From Candidatus Micrarchaeota archaeon (GTDB lineage: Archaea; Micrarchaeota; Micrarchaeia; Anstonellales; Bilamarchaeaceae), in the NCBI GenBank assembly GCA_043821365.1, contig JBDRCX010000006.1, positions 1 through 64,000 of the forward strand: a DNA stretch of 64,000 nt, read 5' to 3'. Within the stretch, counting starts at the first letter, position 1. Every line of letters begins with the position of its first letter. Shown piece after piece: positions 45,804 through 54,965 of this stretch. The position numbers were made by a program, and so were the translations under genes. The notes beneath the pieces were generated by a model that was not told where the DNA came from, did no database searches, and saw nothing but the letters and a program-made list of their open reading frames with translations.

Positions 45804-46694
45804 TCAACTAAACTTTCTCTTCATCTCATTTAACCATGCTCTTTCTCTCAGAGTGTGTGGAGTAATTGTTTGAACGAATTTTTCAAGTCCGGTTGGTTTT
45901 TCTTTTGACAACCAGGCTTTTTTTTGTTTTATTTTCCTTAGATAGGATGGATTAGTAAGGAGGATCTGTCTGAGAATTCTTTCGTAGCGTTCTTTTTTTC
46001 TTGTTACTTCTTCTAATCTTCTTTGCGCAGCTGTTTCAACAACAGTGCCTTTTCCAAGAACCCTGTAAAGATAACTTTTTGCAGTATTTTGTTCATAAGT
46101 ATAATGATTTATTTTTGTCATAAATTTGGCTATGGGAATTTGGATTAAAGAATCGGAAATAAGAAGAAGCCAGCCTTCACGAAGAACAACTTTTTCAGCT
46201 TCTTTAATTGCATCAAGAGCATCTGCCTTCATCATATCCTTATTTATGAAACCACGCAAGACAGGGAAATTTGCATCCATAGCACGTGCATTTACCTTTC
46301 CAACCCAACCACGTAATGATTCTCTTGCAGCTTTTATCTGCATTCTCCATTCCACAAGTTGTTCAAGTTTAACTGATGCCTCTTGTGGAGGAACCTGGTT
46401 AAAATCTAAAAGCCATGCTTTTTTCGATACAATAGGACCGACATATTTATCTTCCATTATAACACTAAGAAGTTCAGGATGGTATTTGTGCAATGCACGG
46501 AATTCATCAAGATTGAGGAGAAGTTGATCTATAACTTCACCTCTTTTCTTTGACACTTCCCTACGAAGTATCATGGTTTCTCTTTTCAAATCACGATCAT
46601 ACACATCATGGAATTTACGTTCTAATTTTTGTATTTGAATCATGCGATCTTTTATGTATTCAGATGCCTCTTCTAAATATTCCACAAGTAACAT
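45804..46694 (-). CDS. Hypothetical helical/coiled-coil protein
   Basis: 296-aa charged ORF; start overlaps the stop of the upstream gene. Confidence 0.75.
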   Translation of the reverse strand: MLLVEYLEEASEYIKDRMIQIQKLERKFHDVYDRDLKRETMILRREVSKKRGEVIDQLLLNLDEFRALHKYHPELLSVIMEDKYVGPIVSKKAWLLDFNQVPPQEASVKLEQLVEWRMQIKAARESLRGWVGKVNARAMDANFPVLRGFINKDMMKADALDAIKEAEKVVLREGWLLLISDSLIQIPIAKFMTKINHYTYEQNTAKSYLYRVLGKGTVVETAAQRRLEEVTRKKERYERILRQILLTNPSYLRKIKQKKAWLSKEKPTGLEKFVQTITPHTLRERAWLNEMKRKFS

Positions 46695-47530
46695 TATTTC
46701 CCCTTTTTAAATTTCTCATATCTTTCCTTTAATACTAAAGCATCGATGTCGAGTTTGGGTGTTTCGCAAATAATTGTTCCGGAATAACCATTTTCAGCAA
46801 GTATTTTCATAAATGGTTCAAATGGCGGTTCGTTGTTTGTGCCAAGTACGTAATGATTCAGTTCTCCTTTATCTGAATAATTTATCTCAGAAAAATGACA
46901 GTGAAATCTTTTTACATAATCCCCAAGTTCATTTTCAAGTTTGTTGAAGATTGATAAATAATCTTTTTCGCCAGTGATTTTAAAATCACCGCGAGCATGA
47001 AGATGAGCGAAATCAAGCACTGGTTCAACCATATCCAATTGCTGAGATAGTTTTATGTTCTCATCAAATCCACCAAATGCACTTTTTTTACCAACTGTTT
47101 CTGCACCAAGACGAATTTTGACATTGTGTTGTTTTAATTTTTCAACTAGATCAGAAAGGTTTTTTTTAGCGATCTCAAATGCTTTTTCTTTTGTTAACTT
47201 CTGATAGAAACCGGGATGAAAAACAGTTATGTTGCCACCACACAACGAAGTTATTCTGGCAGATTCGAAAATATGTCTTTTTGTATTTTGAAGTTTATGC
47301 TCTTCAAGAGTGCAAAAATTAACATAGTATGGAGCATGTGAAGAAAGTGAGATATTGTATTTTTTTGAGATTGATGCTGCTTCTTTTGCAGTATCATCTT
47401 TCATTCTGACTCCATGAACAAATTCCATCTCCATTGCAGACAATCCAATTTCTGAACAGCATTTTATTCCATCAAGAGTACTACTACCATTACATTGAAT
47501 GGGAACTCCTGCTGGACCAAAAAGGATCAT
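46694..47530 (-). CDS. AP endonuclease family 2 / endonuclease IV-like TIM-barrel protein
   Basis: FGPAG, MEMEFV, HAPYYVNF, VFHPG, ETVGK..FG, DFAHLHAR, HCHFS, ICETP. Confidence 0.88.
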   Translation of the reverse strand: MILFGPAGVPIQCNGSSTLDGIKCCSEIGLSAMEMEFVHGVRMKDDTAKEAASISKKYNISLSSHAPYYVNFCTLEEHKLQNTKRHIFESARITSLCGGNITVFHPGFYQKLTKEKAFEIAKKNLSDLVEKLKQHNVKIRLGAETVGKKSAFGGFDENIKLSQQLDMVEPVLDFAHLHARGDFKITGEKDYLSIFNKLENELGDYVKRFHCHFSEINYSDKGELNHYVLGTNNEPPFEPFMKILAENGYSGTIICETPKLDIDALVLKERYEKFKKGK

Positions 47531-47687
47531 AAAGTAGATTTGAAGTGAAAAGATAAAAAAGGAAGGTTGAAACCTTAGGTTCTAAACAAAAAGGAAGCTC
47601 AGATAGAAAGGAGATTCGAAAAGGACCTCGCTCAAAATGCCTTGCATTTTGGGTGTACAAAACCTGCGGTTTTGAACATGGTCCTTT

Positions 47688-48533
47688 TCATTGGCACATA
47701 TGTGTTTGCTGATTACATTGTTCTCCTTGTACACAATCAGCTGCAGTATTACAGTAACCTGTTTTTGCATTGCAATAATGGCTACTATCGCAAACTTGCC
47801 AAGTGCCACAGTCATCGTTTGAATTACAACGATCAACATCATGCACACAAATATGAGTTGTGCTGCTGCACAATTCCCATTCATTACACTCATTGTGCCC
47901 CATACAGTAACCTTGTCTTGCAACACATTTGTTAGTTGTCTTATCACAAACTGACCATGCTTGACAATTCTCAGTACTTATACAGAAACCAACTTTTGGA
48001 ATGCATGTATGTGAAGCTGAGTCACATGTTTGCCATGTTTCACAATCACCATCAAGATCGCATTTACCATCTAGTAGCATACATCTCTTAGAGGAGATAT
48101 CACATTGTTTCCATGCATCACAATCTCTTGTGTCCACACAGTAACCTGGAGCTGGACCACATTCATGCTTTGCTGGATTACAATATTCGTATGGTTGATT
48201 GCATTGATTGTCAGCATCACAGTAACCTGGAGCAGGTCTGCATGTTTGTGCTGAATCGCAAACCTGCCAACTCTGACAATCACTTGTTTTTCTACATAAT
48301 CCAGTCTTATAAACACAAAGATGAGTTGAATCCGAATCGCATGTTGTCAGATTATCTGAACAATCAGTTTCAACATAACAAAAACCAGAACGAAGACCGC
48401 AGGTCTGAGAGGTTACATTACAACCTTCCCACGCCTGACATTCAGAATCAGATGTACATGCTTTGGGAGCACTACTGTCGCATCCAGCTAATATAAAAAC
48501 AATGGCTATAAGCCCGATTAAGATTACTCTCAT
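47688..48533 (-). CDS. Cys-rich repeat lipoprotein (10 units of about 26 aa, 4 Cys each)
   Basis: Lipobox LAGC, then units such as CDLDGDCETWQTCDSASHTCIPKVGF. Confidence 0.88.
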   Translation of the reverse strand: MRVILIGLIAIVFILAGCDSSAPKACTSDSECQAWEGCNVTSQTCGLRSGFCYVETDCSDNLTTCDSDSTHLCVYKTGLCRKTSDCQSWQVCDSAQTCRPAPGYCDADNQCNQPYEYCNPAKHECGPAPGYCVDTRDCDAWKQCDISSKRCMLLDGKCDLDGDCETWQTCDSASHTCIPKVGFCISTENCQAWSVCDKTTNKCVARQGYCMGHNECNEWELCSSTTHICVHDVDRCNSNDDCGTWQVCDSSHYCNAKTGYCNTAADCVQGEQCNQQTHMCQ

Positions 48534-48561
48534 GAGGATGTATTAGATTGATGGTTTTAAA

Positions 48562-49221
48562 TTACTTAAGTTTGGCTAGAATAGACGATAGATCATGAAT
48601 ATTGTTGCTAATAAAATCTGCTTTACTTGGGATTTCTGAGTATTTTCCAGTTAAAACTCGGATTGTTTTTATGCCCACCTGTTTTGCAGGAAGGATATCC
48701 ACATCCTCCCGATCACCAATCATCAAACATTCTTCTGGTTTCGCTCTGAGTTCGGATAGGATTTTCTTATAGAAATTTTTATCTTTCTCTTTTTTCGTTA
48801 CGAAAACTCCATCAAAATACAATGACAAGCGCAATCGAATGAGTTTATCCCATTGTTTAATTGAATTTCCACTTGTTGCTGCATAAATTTTGAATCCCTG
48901 TTCTTTAAGTCGTAGAAGGAGAAGTGGAACTTGAGGAAATGGTTGGATTGATGTTTTAGTGTCATGATATGATGCAACTGCAGCAGCAACATATTTTTCA
49001 GGATTTTTTATTTTTAGTTGTTTGCACAACTCATCAAAATGACCCTCATAGTTGGAACCCTTTTGTTTTATGATTCTCATTAATTTCTTGTTCAATGTGT
49101 TGTAATCATATCTGAGCCCCATTCCAATCATTGAAGTTAATGCATTTTTTCTGGCTAAAGAAGAGAATTCTGTTGATGGGAATAAAGTATCATCAATATC
49201 AAATAAAACAAACCTAAGCAT
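48562..49221 (-). CDS. HAD-superfamily hydrolase (subfamily IA)
   Basis: FDIDDTL, ATSG, MIGDREDVD. Start placed at MLRFV. Confidence 0.88.
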   Translation of the reverse strand: MLRFVLFDIDDTLFPSTEFSSLARKNALTSMIGMGLRYDYNTLNKKLMRIIKQKGSNYEGHFDELCKQLKIKNPEKYVAAAVASYHDTKTSIQPFPQVPLLLLRLKEQGFKIYAATSGNSIKQWDKLIRLRLSLYFDGVFVTKKEKDKNFYKKILSELRAKPEECLMIGDREDVDILPAKQVGIKTIRVLTGKYSEIPSKADFISNNIHDLSSILAKLK

Positions 49222-49291
49222 AATAGTAATTTGATGAATAAATCTTAAGAATAGGATGATTTTATAATAAGAAAAATTATAAAATAAAAAA

Positions 49292-50344
49292 TTATTGTCT
49301 TTGTTCTGGGCCAACTACCACAGTGTGTGCAACACCTTTACATTCTCCACTGTCTAAACGTACTAATTTGCTTGTTGCAAGGCTTAATACTTGTGATTCG
49401 TTACCTGGACTTGCACAGCCATCTCTTCCACATGATACGCCTCCATTTCTTACTACTGGCATACCAGAAGAATCAACATCAATAGTAACACTAACTGTAA
49501 AGTCTCTGTCTTCTGCTCCTACTGTGCCTCTTATGCGTTTTATGTGTGAAAGAACAGATTGCTTTACCCTTTGATAAATTGATGCATTAACATCATCAGT
49601 ACATTCTGGGACTATTTTTACACGTGCTGCTGCCCTTACTGGGCTGGGTTTTCTTCCACTACAATCATCCTTACATCTTGGGTCAATTCCTGGATCGCAA
49701 ACTTCGTTAATTTTAACTGTTGCAAATTCATAGACAGTTGTTCCATCCTCACGAACAACTGGAACTTCTACACCAACAACTACGTTTCTTTGTAGTATAC
49801 CATCACCACAGTGAGTGTCTGCAAGACAAACAACTGGCTTGGCATCTTCTGGTGTGAAAGTAGGCTCACCATCTTGTTTTGATCTAACTGGAGCATCCGC
49901 ATTAGGTATTTCTAATGGACCTGCAACCCCATCACCACAACGACCAGCATCTGCTGGATCATGTCTTGGTGATCTTGATTCGCCTTCACCTTTACTTAAT
50001 TCTACTATTCCGTCTCCTTTAACTGGAGGAAGATCACATGGAACACAATCAGTTCTTGGTGCTTCAACTTCCACCCATTCTATTTGAGTTACTTCTTGAA
50101 CATTTCGCACAACTCTAGTAACTTGAACACACTCTTTTGGTTCTTCATGCATAGTTGCTGCGGCAACTGGTTTTGATGGTTCTGGAGGCAATATTGGTCC
50201 TTCAGTTTGTGGTCCGCCACTGCATGTTTTGAAAAGAAGCATAGCTGCAACTGCAGCTGTAGTTGTACCGATAGCAGCATAATTCTTCCATCCCATCTTT
50301 TTTGATTCTGGTGTTTTAGGACCAGATGTGCGAGTTGTTCTCAT
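49292..50344 (-). CDS. Membrane-anchored Cys-rich orphan protein with CGDG repeats
   Basis: GGTGA RBS; N-terminal TM helix; CGDGV and CGDGIL...EVCDPG units resembling myxobacterial cysteine-rich repeats. Confidence 0.75.
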   Translation of the reverse strand: MRTTRTSGPKTPESKKMGWKNYAAIGTTTAAVAAMLLFKTCSGGPQTEGPILPPEPSKPVAAATMHEEPKECVQVTRVVRNVQEVTQIEWVEVEAPRTDCVPCDLPPVKGDGIVELSKGEGESRSPRHDPADAGRCGDGVAGPLEIPNADAPVRSKQDGEPTFTPEDAKPVVCLADTHCGDGILQRNVVVGVEVPVVREDGTTVYEFATVKINEVCDPGIDPRCKDDCSGRKPSPVRAAARVKIVPECTDDVNASIYQRVKQSVLSHIKRIRGTVGAEDRDFTVSVTIDVDSSGMPVVRNGGVSCGRDGCASPGNESQVLSLATSKLVRLDSGECKGVAHTVVVGPEQRQ

Positions 50345-50452
50345 AAATTTCACCAAATAAACATTTTATACCCCATAGGGTAGTTGTGTTATATTATATA
50401 CTTTAGTGGTAAAGTATATTTAAACCTATCTTTTTTCTGGTTTGTTGAAAAA

Positions 50453-51973
50453 TCATGACTTTACCTCTAAAGATGCTGCTTCCTTATTGAGGTTGGTGTT
50501 TCTTGTTCCTCGGCTGAATAAAAGTAAACCTGCCTGTACTGCTGCAAGGGCCACAAGTGCTGGTTGGTAGAAAGTACCCAAAAGATCACTGCCAGTTGAT
50601 GTTAAAAACAACGCAGCATCTGCACCAAAACATACTGTAGCAGTTGCTATTTCGAATGTGTATGGTTTCAACCTCAAGTTAGACCACATTTCTGCAATGC
50701 CTCCTCGAGATATTGAATCAAGGATTTTTTGCTGAGTTTCCATTTTAACTGAAACCAACTTATTTCCTGATTTTCCATTGTGTGAATTTAGTGTTATTTC
50801 AACATCAGCTTTGACGCCTTTGATAGTAACTTGTTTTGAATACTGTTCTGTAATAACTAATCTGAATAGATCTGGTTTAGCACCTTTTTGATGAAGAACA
50901 AACTCGTATTGACCATCTTTTGCACCTTTGTATTCAAGATAGCACCCTGATGCTAGCCTTCTTTTTGATCCTGGAAGACCGAACGAATGTGGATAAGTTT
51001 TTTCACCCATTTTTGGTGGTTCTACTTTCTTTGGTTCGGGTTTTGGCTTAAGAGATTCTGCAATTGCTCTTACTATTCTTTTGTTATTTTTATTCATTAC
51101 AGATGAAAAACCATTTTGAGTTCTTCCGTTACACACCAACCAATCAATTACTTGTTTATCAGTGTGTTTGAAGTTTCTAGTTGTTGAAGCTTCAAGAACA
51201 ACAGCTGAAAATCTTGGTAAATAATATCTGATATTGGTTTCTGATGATTCTGTTTCGCCTAATTTTTGTTTTAAAAGTTCAACTGCACTTTCAGCTCTTG
51301 CAGTACCGAATGTTTTAAGTTGTCTTAAATATTTATCATTAAACTTGTGTGGTTTGTTAATATTGAAAAGATTAGAGTTATCTGCAAACAATCTACCGTC
51401 TTGATGGTAAAACCTAATTGATGTTTCTAAAGCAAGCCTAACAAGGTCTTCACTATATCCTGCTTTTTTTGCTGCTTCTGAAAATGCAACAATTGCAGCT
51501 TGGTATTTATCATTACTAAAATTGGCTCTTACAAAAACACCTTCTACCCATGTTTGAATAGCAGAAACTTTTGGTATTGGTGGTTTTTCAACAAATGCTG
51601 GGTCTCTTTCTGATGGTGCAAAATCTAATACATCGCCCAACTCAGAATATGCTGCTCTTGGTGGTTCTGCTGGCCCTGGTGCCACACCTGGTGCTTCCTC
51701 TCTGAATCTTGCTGGTGGCATTGAACCAAGATCAACTGAATGATCACCTGGTGGACTAAAACCATCTGCATGAACATCAGTTCTGTCTGGTTCTCTGACT
51801 GGTGGTCTTGGTTCAGCTACTGGTGGTTTTCCACCGGTTGGAGCATCTTCAATCAAACTAGGTCTAAGTACTGGCCTTGGTAAAACTGTGGTGTCAAGAA
51901 CTTTTCTTGCATCATCAAGTCTTCTTTTTGCTGCATCTCTTCCTGATGGTCCTACCTGTCCTCTTCCTGCCAT
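50453..51973 (-). CDS. Orphan protein: Pro-rich N-terminus, two C-terminal hydrophobic helices
   Basis: 506-aa ORF with AGGTGG RBS; start overlaps the upstream stop codon. Confidence 0.8.
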   Translation of the reverse strand: MAGRGQVGPSGRDAAKRRLDDARKVLDTTVLPRPVLRPSLIEDAPTGGKPPVAEPRPPVREPDRTDVHADGFSPPGDHSVDLGSMPPARFREEAPGVAPGPAEPPRAAYSELGDVLDFAPSERDPAFVEKPPIPKVSAIQTWVEGVFVRANFSNDKYQAAIVAFSEAAKKAGYSEDLVRLALETSIRFYHQDGRLFADNSNLFNINKPHKFNDKYLRQLKTFGTARAESAVELLKQKLGETESSETNIRYYLPRFSAVVLEASTTRNFKHTDKQVIDWLVCNGRTQNGFSSVMNKNNKRIVRAIAESLKPKPEPKKVEPPKMGEKTYPHSFGLPGSKRRLASGCYLEYKGAKDGQYEFVLHQKGAKPDLFRLVITEQYSKQVTIKGVKADVEITLNSHNGKSGNKLVSVKMETQQKILDSISRGGIAEMWSNLRLKPYTFEIATATVCFGADAALFLTSTGSDLLGTFYQPALVALAAVQAGLLLFSRGTRNTNLNKEAASLEVKS

Positions 51974-53373
51974 TATGCACCACCTGAGTTAACTGAATCC
52001 CATTGGACAAGTACAAGCATTTCTGATGCTTTTGCCCTTACGGTTTCAGCTATTTGAGTTACCTCTTCTTTGAGTTTTGCGTTCTCTGGTTTATCAAGAT
52101 CAGTTAAAGAAACTCCTGCTTCTCTTGCAATAACTGCTTTAACTGAGCCTGGATCTTCAGTGAAAGATTCTAAAACTCCTTTCACTGTTTCAGCACCATA
52201 TTGAGATGCAATTGTAGTCACTGTATTAGTGTCCTCTCTTGCTGGTCTTCTGCTTTTGTCAGCTGACAAAGCACCAATAAGCAAGTTTGAAACAATTTGT
52301 AATGTAAACTGTCTTACTCCATTTGCACTTTCTGCATTTGTACCAAGTGCTCTATCAAGATCTTGTTCAAGCTGTGCTACTCTGCCTGCTAAACCATGAT
52401 CAGTTTTTTCTCCTTCTGCTGGCTCTGGTCCTTCAATTACATCAAAGATACCATCAACTGTTTTTCTAAGTTCAGCCATGAAAGGATCGACTATTCCTCT
52501 TAATTCTCTCCTGATTGTTCTGGCAACTTCACCAGTGACTTCTTCAACAGCTTCTGCTTTGAGTTGTTTTTTAAGATCTGGCAATACTCTGTCAAGAGCT
52601 GCTGCAACCATTGCTTCAAAATCAGGTTTTGCTTCTGGTTCTTGAACTACTGGAATTTGTCTTTCTGTATCTGGACCATCATCCATAGCTGGCATTTCTC
52701 TTTCTGGTTCTCGTTCTAAAAATGCTGGTCTTTCAACTGTATCTCTTGGACCAGCTGGTCTGTCTGCTAATGCATCTAAACCATCTGGAATTCCTGTAGC
52801 GTCTGGTTCTGGAACTTCAAATGGTGTACCTAGATCTCCAAAAGGATCAGAATCTAGATCAAAATCAGATGGTGGTGGTCTAGGAAGATCAGAAAATGCA
52901 TCACGAACTTCGTCGCTTGGCCCTAGATCTGAATAACCGTCTCCTGAATCAACAGATACAAGAGCACCCACATCTAAATCATCAAATGAACGTCCTCTAT
53001 CTTCTGGTTCTATTTCTGCAAGAACTTCAACTACTTCATCCGTTCCTTGACCATCTTGGTGATCTCTTGTTACTAAACTAGCTAAATCATCTTCTGGTGC
53101 GAGACCTGGACCATGTAATGTTGGTTCTTGATCAACTGAATCACCTTCAAGTGCTGGTGTTTCTTCTTGAACATCTGCAGCTTCACTTGGTAATTTTGCA
53201 TCACGTTCAACTACTGGTGCTTTTGGTTCAGCTGCTGGACCTTCTGTTAATCCAGCTCCAAGAACACCTGGTTTTAGTGGATCTGCAACTTTTTCAGGTG
53301 GTTTAGCTGCTCTTAATTTTGCTGCTTCCAATCTATCTTTCAAAGCTTGTCTTGGATCTGTCATCATAATCAC
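51973..53373 (-). CDS. Orphan protein: acidic/Pro-rich low-complexity N-terminal half, helical C-terminal half
   Basis: 466-aa ORF with AAGGTGA RBS; overlaps the upstream stop codon. Confidence 0.8.
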   Translation of the reverse strand: MIMMTDPRQALKDRLEAAKLRAAKPPEKVADPLKPGVLGAGLTEGPAAEPKAPVVERDAKLPSEAADVQEETPALEGDSVDQEPTLHGPGLAPEDDLASLVTRDHQDGQGTDEVVEVLAEIEPEDRGRSFDDLDVGALVSVDSGDGYSDLGPSDEVRDAFSDLPRPPPSDFDLDSDPFGDLGTPFEVPEPDATGIPDGLDALADRPAGPRDTVERPAFLEREPEREMPAMDDGPDTERQIPVVQEPEAKPDFEAMVAAALDRVLPDLKKQLKAEAVEEVTGEVARTIRRELRGIVDPFMAELRKTVDGIFDVIEGPEPAEGEKTDHGLAGRVAQLEQDLDRALGTNAESANGVRQFTLQIVSNLLIGALSADKSRRPAREDTNTVTTIASQYGAETVKGVLESFTEDPGSVKAVIAREAGVSLTDLDKPENAKLKEEVTQIAETVRAKASEMLVLVQWDSVNSGGA

Positions 53374-54813
53374 CTTTTAATATCTTCAACTGGTTCTGTG
53401 GTCTTTGCCACTCCTTCATAACTTGGCTTTAGCATTAATTCTGCTTGAGTCATTTCAGTCTCACTCAAATCTCTTCCAGCAGTTAGCATGTCAAATAATG
53501 CAGCAAGTTTTTGATCAACTACTTCAAATGCAGCTTTTACTGCACCTTCAACTCCACTTAATTGTTCTTGAACTCCTGCAACAGCTTCTTGTGCTTGTAC
53601 AAGCAAACCATTTGCTTGTTCAACAAGACCTTCTGCCCTGTCTGCTGCTTTTCTTGCTTCACTTGCTTCTCTTACAGCAGAACCTGCACTTCTTTTTGCA
53701 GTTCCAACTTCTGCTACAAGGTAGGCACTGAGTTCAGCTCCTGATAATGTTCTTTCTTCTCCATCGATTGTTACTCTGCATGTGAATACATCATCAACTG
53801 CTTTTCTTGTTTGTTCTGGTAATTCGAATTTTACTTTTTCTAAAGCATCAAACATATAGCCTAAAAGTTCAACACCCTTCTTTCTAACAGTTTTCAATTC
53901 ACCAGAACCATTATCTGGAACTTGAACAGTTGCACTGAATAGTTCATCCAATGAAACAGAAACAACACCTTTCATTACCATAGGATCTTGTAAATTATCA
54001 ACTTGTGCACATAGATATGCCAAAGCCTCTAATCCTTTCAATTGTTTAACTTCAGGTGTACCAAAATCAACTGAATGATCAACTGATTCGCCCATACCTT
54101 CAACAAGAACTTCTGTTCTGTCTGCTGGTTTTGATTGAACTGGACGATTAATTGTAATTGATTCTATTCCACTAACCATTTCTCCCAAAACTTCCATACC
54201 AACAACTTTATGTTCGCCACGCATTATTTCCAAACTTCCAATAGAACGAACAAGTTGTGCAACTGCTTCTGGTCCTTTTAGTTCTTCAGTACCAACAGCA
54301 ATAGATACTTCAGCTATTGCAGCAACAACAGAACTTATTTGTTCCAATGCTTCTGGTCCTTTTAGTTCTTTCTCACCAACAGTAATTGTAATTGAATCTA
54401 CCATTCCTTTCAAATCAGCTGCATCGCTTTGTGCTTTTTGTGCAGCGTCTGCAGCTTCAAGTGCTGAAGTTGCAGCTACTTCTGAATTTCCTCGAATCTC
54501 AACAGCAGCTTCAGATTGTTCTCCGATAAATCCTTCGAGCATATGACCTTGTTCTTCAACAAGTGTAGTAGCCTGAGTAAGTTTTCCTTTAGCTTCTTCA
54601 GCTGCTTCTTTAGCTCCCCGAGCATCTGCTCTAAGACCATCCAATTGAGCATCAACATTTCCTTTAACAGCATCCAGTCCTTCGACAAGCGCTGCACCTA
54701 CTGAACCAGTTTCACTACCAAGAACTTTACGAATATTTCTTTTTGCAACGTCTAAATCTGGTTGCCTAACTTCCTTTTTATCTGGAACCCCCGTACCTCT
54801 CTTCGTCAAACAT
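53370..54813 (-). CDS. Orphan coiled-coil protein with six internal hairpin-helix repeats (start uncertain)
   Basis: About 480 aa; Ala/Glu-rich heptad regions flank repeats of type x-I-x-V-G-x-x-E-L-K-G-P-E-A-L. A 23-nt exact DNA repeat occurs at 54264-54286 and 54348-54370. Confidence 0.8.
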
Positions 54814-54965
54814 ATCACCTCATAGCGAAATATCTAAATGTGTGTTATGGTATATTTTAGTGGGGACCAATATTTAAATGTTTGTATTTGTTCAATTGTG
54901 GTGGTACTAAGACATTCTTCATGCCCCCAAACCATACAATACATTTCTAACAAAAACTAATAATA

